Position numbers and translations under genes: made by a program
Source: an uncultured Phycisphaerales bacterium
Lineage (GTDB): Bacteria > Planctomycetota > Phycisphaerae > Tepidisphaerales > Tepidisphaeraceae
DNA: 64,000 bases
Reading direction: 5' to 3'
Assembly (NCBI GenBank): GCA_963755915.1
Contig: CAVWLP010000002.1
Location: 4,352,001 to 4,416,000 of the forward strand
The notes under the pieces: model-generated
Databases searched by the model: none
What the model saw: the letters and a program-made list of their open reading frames with translations, nothing else
Told to the model about the DNA's origin: nothing
In this document: in pieces, positions 61,160-64,000 of the stretch
Layout: each line of letters begins with the position of its first letter
Numbering within the stretch: the first letter of the stretch is position 1

Positions 61160-61837
61160 ATGGTCCTGGTGATCGATGGGAATTTCGACAATCGAGAGAT
61201 ATTGCAGGCTTTGCTCCAGCGGCATCACTATAACGTCAAGATCTCCGAAGACGGTGAATCCGCAGCCGATATCGCGATCGCCTCTCCACCCGACGTGGCG
61301 ATCGTCGATATGCACGTCTCCCCCTCCGGCGGGTTGGCGGTCTGCCGGTATTTTCGTGCCCAGCCCAAAACCGCCCAGCTTCCCATCCTTCTCCTGACTG
61401 CCCCCGAGGACAAGGACCAGGGAATTACCGCACTGGAACTTGGAGCGGATGATTTTGTGCTCAAGCCTTTCCATCCCCGCGAGCTGGTCGCCCGGGTCGA
61501 TTGCCTGGTGAGACGCAACCGCCGGGGAAAGGTTGGCGGACGCCTGGAGATCGGCCGACTGGCCATCGACCCCGATCAGCATGAAGTTACCTACGGCGGA
61601 TCGAGAGTGCGGCTTACCGCCGCGGAGTTCCGGATCATGAAATTCCTGGCCGAGAAACCCGGTTCCGTCCATTCCCGCCAGGCGATCTATGCCTCAACCG
61701 GAGGCGACGCCGGCGGAATGCAGGACCGGGCAATCGATGCCCACATCAAGAATATCCGCAGGAAGCTCGGCGACGGCGAGAACGCCATCGAGACCGTGAG
61801 GGGATGCGGGTATCGCTTGCGCCGCGACGACCCGTAA
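61160..61837 (+). CDS. OmpR/PhoB-family response regulator (orphan)
   Basis: REC domain with LGADDFVLKPF; wHTH with LTAAEF, RAIDAHIKNIRRKL and IETVRGCGY; start uncertain. Confidence 0.9.
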   Translation: MVLVIDGNFDNREILQALLQRHHYNVKISEDGESAADIAIASPPDVAIVDMHVSPSGGLAVCRYFRAQPKTAQLPILLLTAPEDKDQGITALELGADDFVLKPFHPRELVARVDCLVRRNRRGKVGGRLEIGRLAIDPDQHEVTYGGSRVRLTAAEFRIMKFLAEKPGSVHSRQAIYASTGGDAGGMQDRAIDAHIKNIRRKLGDGENAIETVRGCGYRLRRDDP

Positions 61838-61991
61838 ATCCGCGCGGCATCCGGGGGAAATTTCCGCACGCCTTGCTGCTGGTCTCCCCCACATCATTTT
61901 TTTTGCGCCTTTCCATATGCAACTGTGTTGCATTTAATCTTTGAGGCGGATATTCTGCTGAAAATCTCCGCCGCGCGGAGATCGTTCCTGC

Positions 61992-62297
61992 ATGCACCTC
62001 CGCCTGCTCAATCTTCTGCTCCTCGCGTCCTTTGGGTATTGGGCGACCGGAGTGGGGCAATTTCTGCATGAGAAGATTGAGCATCATCATGATGGCGGGG
62101 AAGCGGATGATCATGATGGGTGTTTGACGTGCCAGACCCTCAAGGCGATGAAGGCGCATCCGCCCGATTCGCCCAGAGTGCCCGAGCCTTCCCTGCCGGC
62201 GATTGAGTGCGCCCCCCTGCCGCTCCCGGCTGCGCCGCAGACGGTGAGAGTTCTCATTCATCTGGCCCGCGCGCCTCCAGTTCCTTCGGCTCTTTAA
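61992..62297 (+). CDS. DUF2946-like His-rich CxxC/RAPP small protein (putative regulatory uORF)
   Basis: Hydrophobic N-terminus, HHH...HDGCLTC, C-terminal ARAPP; upstream of the TonB receptor. Confidence 0.75.
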   Translation: MHLRLLNLLLLASFGYWATGVGQFLHEKIEHHHDGGEADDHDGCLTCQTLKAMKAHPPDSPRVPEPSLPAIECAPLPLPAAPQTVRVLIHLARAPPVPSAL

Positions 62298-62414
62298 TCG
62301 TGGATTGAGCTTGTACCAAACGGGGTGTGGTCTGGTGTGCGCCTAATCCGCGCGAAGAGCCGGGGCTGAACTTTTTCACGGGACAACAAATAGATTCTTG
62401 GGAGGCAGAACCTC

Positions 62415-64000
62415 ATGCGAATTTTATTCGTCTGGGCCGCGGCGGCGTTAACAACCTGCGCCGCATTGGGCTGGGCCGACGCCACGACGCAGCCCAGCAG
62501 TGCCACGGCAACCACAACTCCAAGCTCGGTTGAGGCCCCACCGATTCCGGGACCGCCGCCAACGCAATCGGTGGCCGCAACTCAGCCGGCAAGCACGCAG
62601 CCGGCGCAAGTTACAGCGCGGTTGAAGAAGGTGGTCGTGACCAGCGATCTCGATTTGCTGCGCGATCAAATTGCCCCGGGCCTCGGCGCAACTGAATACA
62701 CCCAGGGGCCAAACCAGATCGCCAACATCCCCGGCGGCCAGAACGCGACCTTCCAGCAGGTCATCCTTCGCGATCCCGGCGTAGTGGCGGACTCCTTCGG
62801 GCAGTTTCACGTCCGCGGCGAGCACGCCAATGTTACCTATGACGTCGATGGCGTGCTCCTTCCGCAGCCGATCAATACGTTCGGACAGGAACTGGATACG
62901 CATTTAATTCAATCGGTGACTTTGGTGGACGGCAGCCTGCCGGCCCAATATGGATTTCATACGGCGGGAATCATTGATGTCACCACCAAAACGGGAACGG
63001 CTTTGCAAGGCGGCGAAGTTTCACTTTACGGCGGCAGTTACGACTGGTTTGAGCCCTCGGTGGAACTGGGGTGGTCAGACGGCAAGTGGGATATTTTTGC
63101 CACGGGATCGTACAAGCACAACAGCATCGGGATTGAAAATCCGACGGGAAGCGTGCGGCCGATTCATGATGACACCAGCCAGCAGCGCGGGTTTATCTAC
63201 GCCGCATATCATATCGACGATACGAGCCGGCTCACTTTTATCGTTAACGGCGCCAACCAGGATTTTCAGATTCCCAATGTTCCCGGTGCGCCATCCTTGT
63301 TTCAGCTCGGCCCGATCACGAACTTCGATTCCGCCGATCTGAACGAAACTCAGAACGAGCAGGAATACTACGGCGTCGTCTCTTATCAGAAGAGTCTGGA
63401 AGACTTTTCGATCCTGGCGTCGGCATTTTACCGGTATGGGCAAATTCATTTCGTACCGGATTTCACGGGAGATCTGATTCTCCAGGGCGTCGCCGGTGAG
63501 GTGTTCAACTCTTATTCCACCGAAGGATTCCAGATCGACAGCTCCTTTAACCTCAACGACCAGAACACCCTGCGCCGGCCTGATCGGGGACTATACCGTC
63601 GAGCGGAATAACACCAATACGAATGTTTTTCCCGTCGATCCCGTGACGGGAGCCCAGACTTCCACGATACCGGAAGACATCACTGACGACACGCGCAACG
63701 ACGGACTGGAGATCGGCGGATATCTGCAGGATGAATGGAAATTGACAAAAACGGTCACCGTGAATTTCGGCGCCCGCCTGGACGAATTCGATGCAAATTT
63801 TGACAACGAGGGGCAGCTTAGCCCGCGCGTGAACCTGGTGTGGAAAGTGACGCCGGAAACGACGGCCCATATCGGCTACGCGAGGTATTTCGTTACCCCG
63901 CCGATCCAATATGTGCCGCCCAGCACATTGGCGAAATTCACCAACACCACCAACGCCCCGGCCAACATCCTGGACAACGCGCCCGTGGCCGAGCGGTCGA
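62415..64000 (+). CDS. TonB-dependent receptor (frameshift near 63575; runs off the window)
   Basis: Signal peptide + ATTQP; VVVT TonB box; PGV...HVRGEH...VDGV plug; YLQDEW...GARLD and LSPRV barrel motifs. Confidence 0.92.

Overview
High-GC bacterial chromosomal segment, most likely from a planctomycete of the Phycisphaerae/Tepidisphaerales type. This is inferred from 'ATTQP/ATTMP' motifs after signal peptides, an 'ESLEKRLMF' export motif and an ECF-sigma/Ser-Thr kinase pair. Many genes are split by single-base frameshifts (pntA/B, fusA, putA and others), which most likely reflect long-read indel errors. Housekeeping content: the pnt transhydrogenase operon, fusA, putA, truD and dgkA. Other genes: three ECF sigma factors, an APC permease, a degenerate NtrC-like regulator, a halogenase-like flavoprotein, TPR-glycosyl- and TPR-sulfotransferases, three tandem GT-C glycosyltransferases, two secreted carbohydrate-active proteins, two Gly/Tyr-tailed FlgO/CsgG-like paralogs, an ABC exporter with DUF1854, and a TonB receptor. 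Mobile DNA: two inverted copies of an IS4-family element, an IS3 remnant in a small lower-GC island, and at least six families of short palindromic repeats. The most notable unannotated signals are: (1) a complete attenuator-like leader (promoter, Arg-rich 33-aa uORF, antiterminator, terminator) in front of the ABC/DUF1854 operon; (2) swapped 9-bp target duplications indicating that both IS4 copies hit the same 27-bp motif and the 240 bp between them was inverted; (3) palindromic repeats translated in frame inside three genes; (4) a 130-bp promoter-plus-hairpin cassette present twice, one copy sitting inside a synonymous duplication of a globin 3' end; and (5) a CxxC/RAPP uORF before the TonB receptor. 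All calls come from reading the sequence; no database searches were run.
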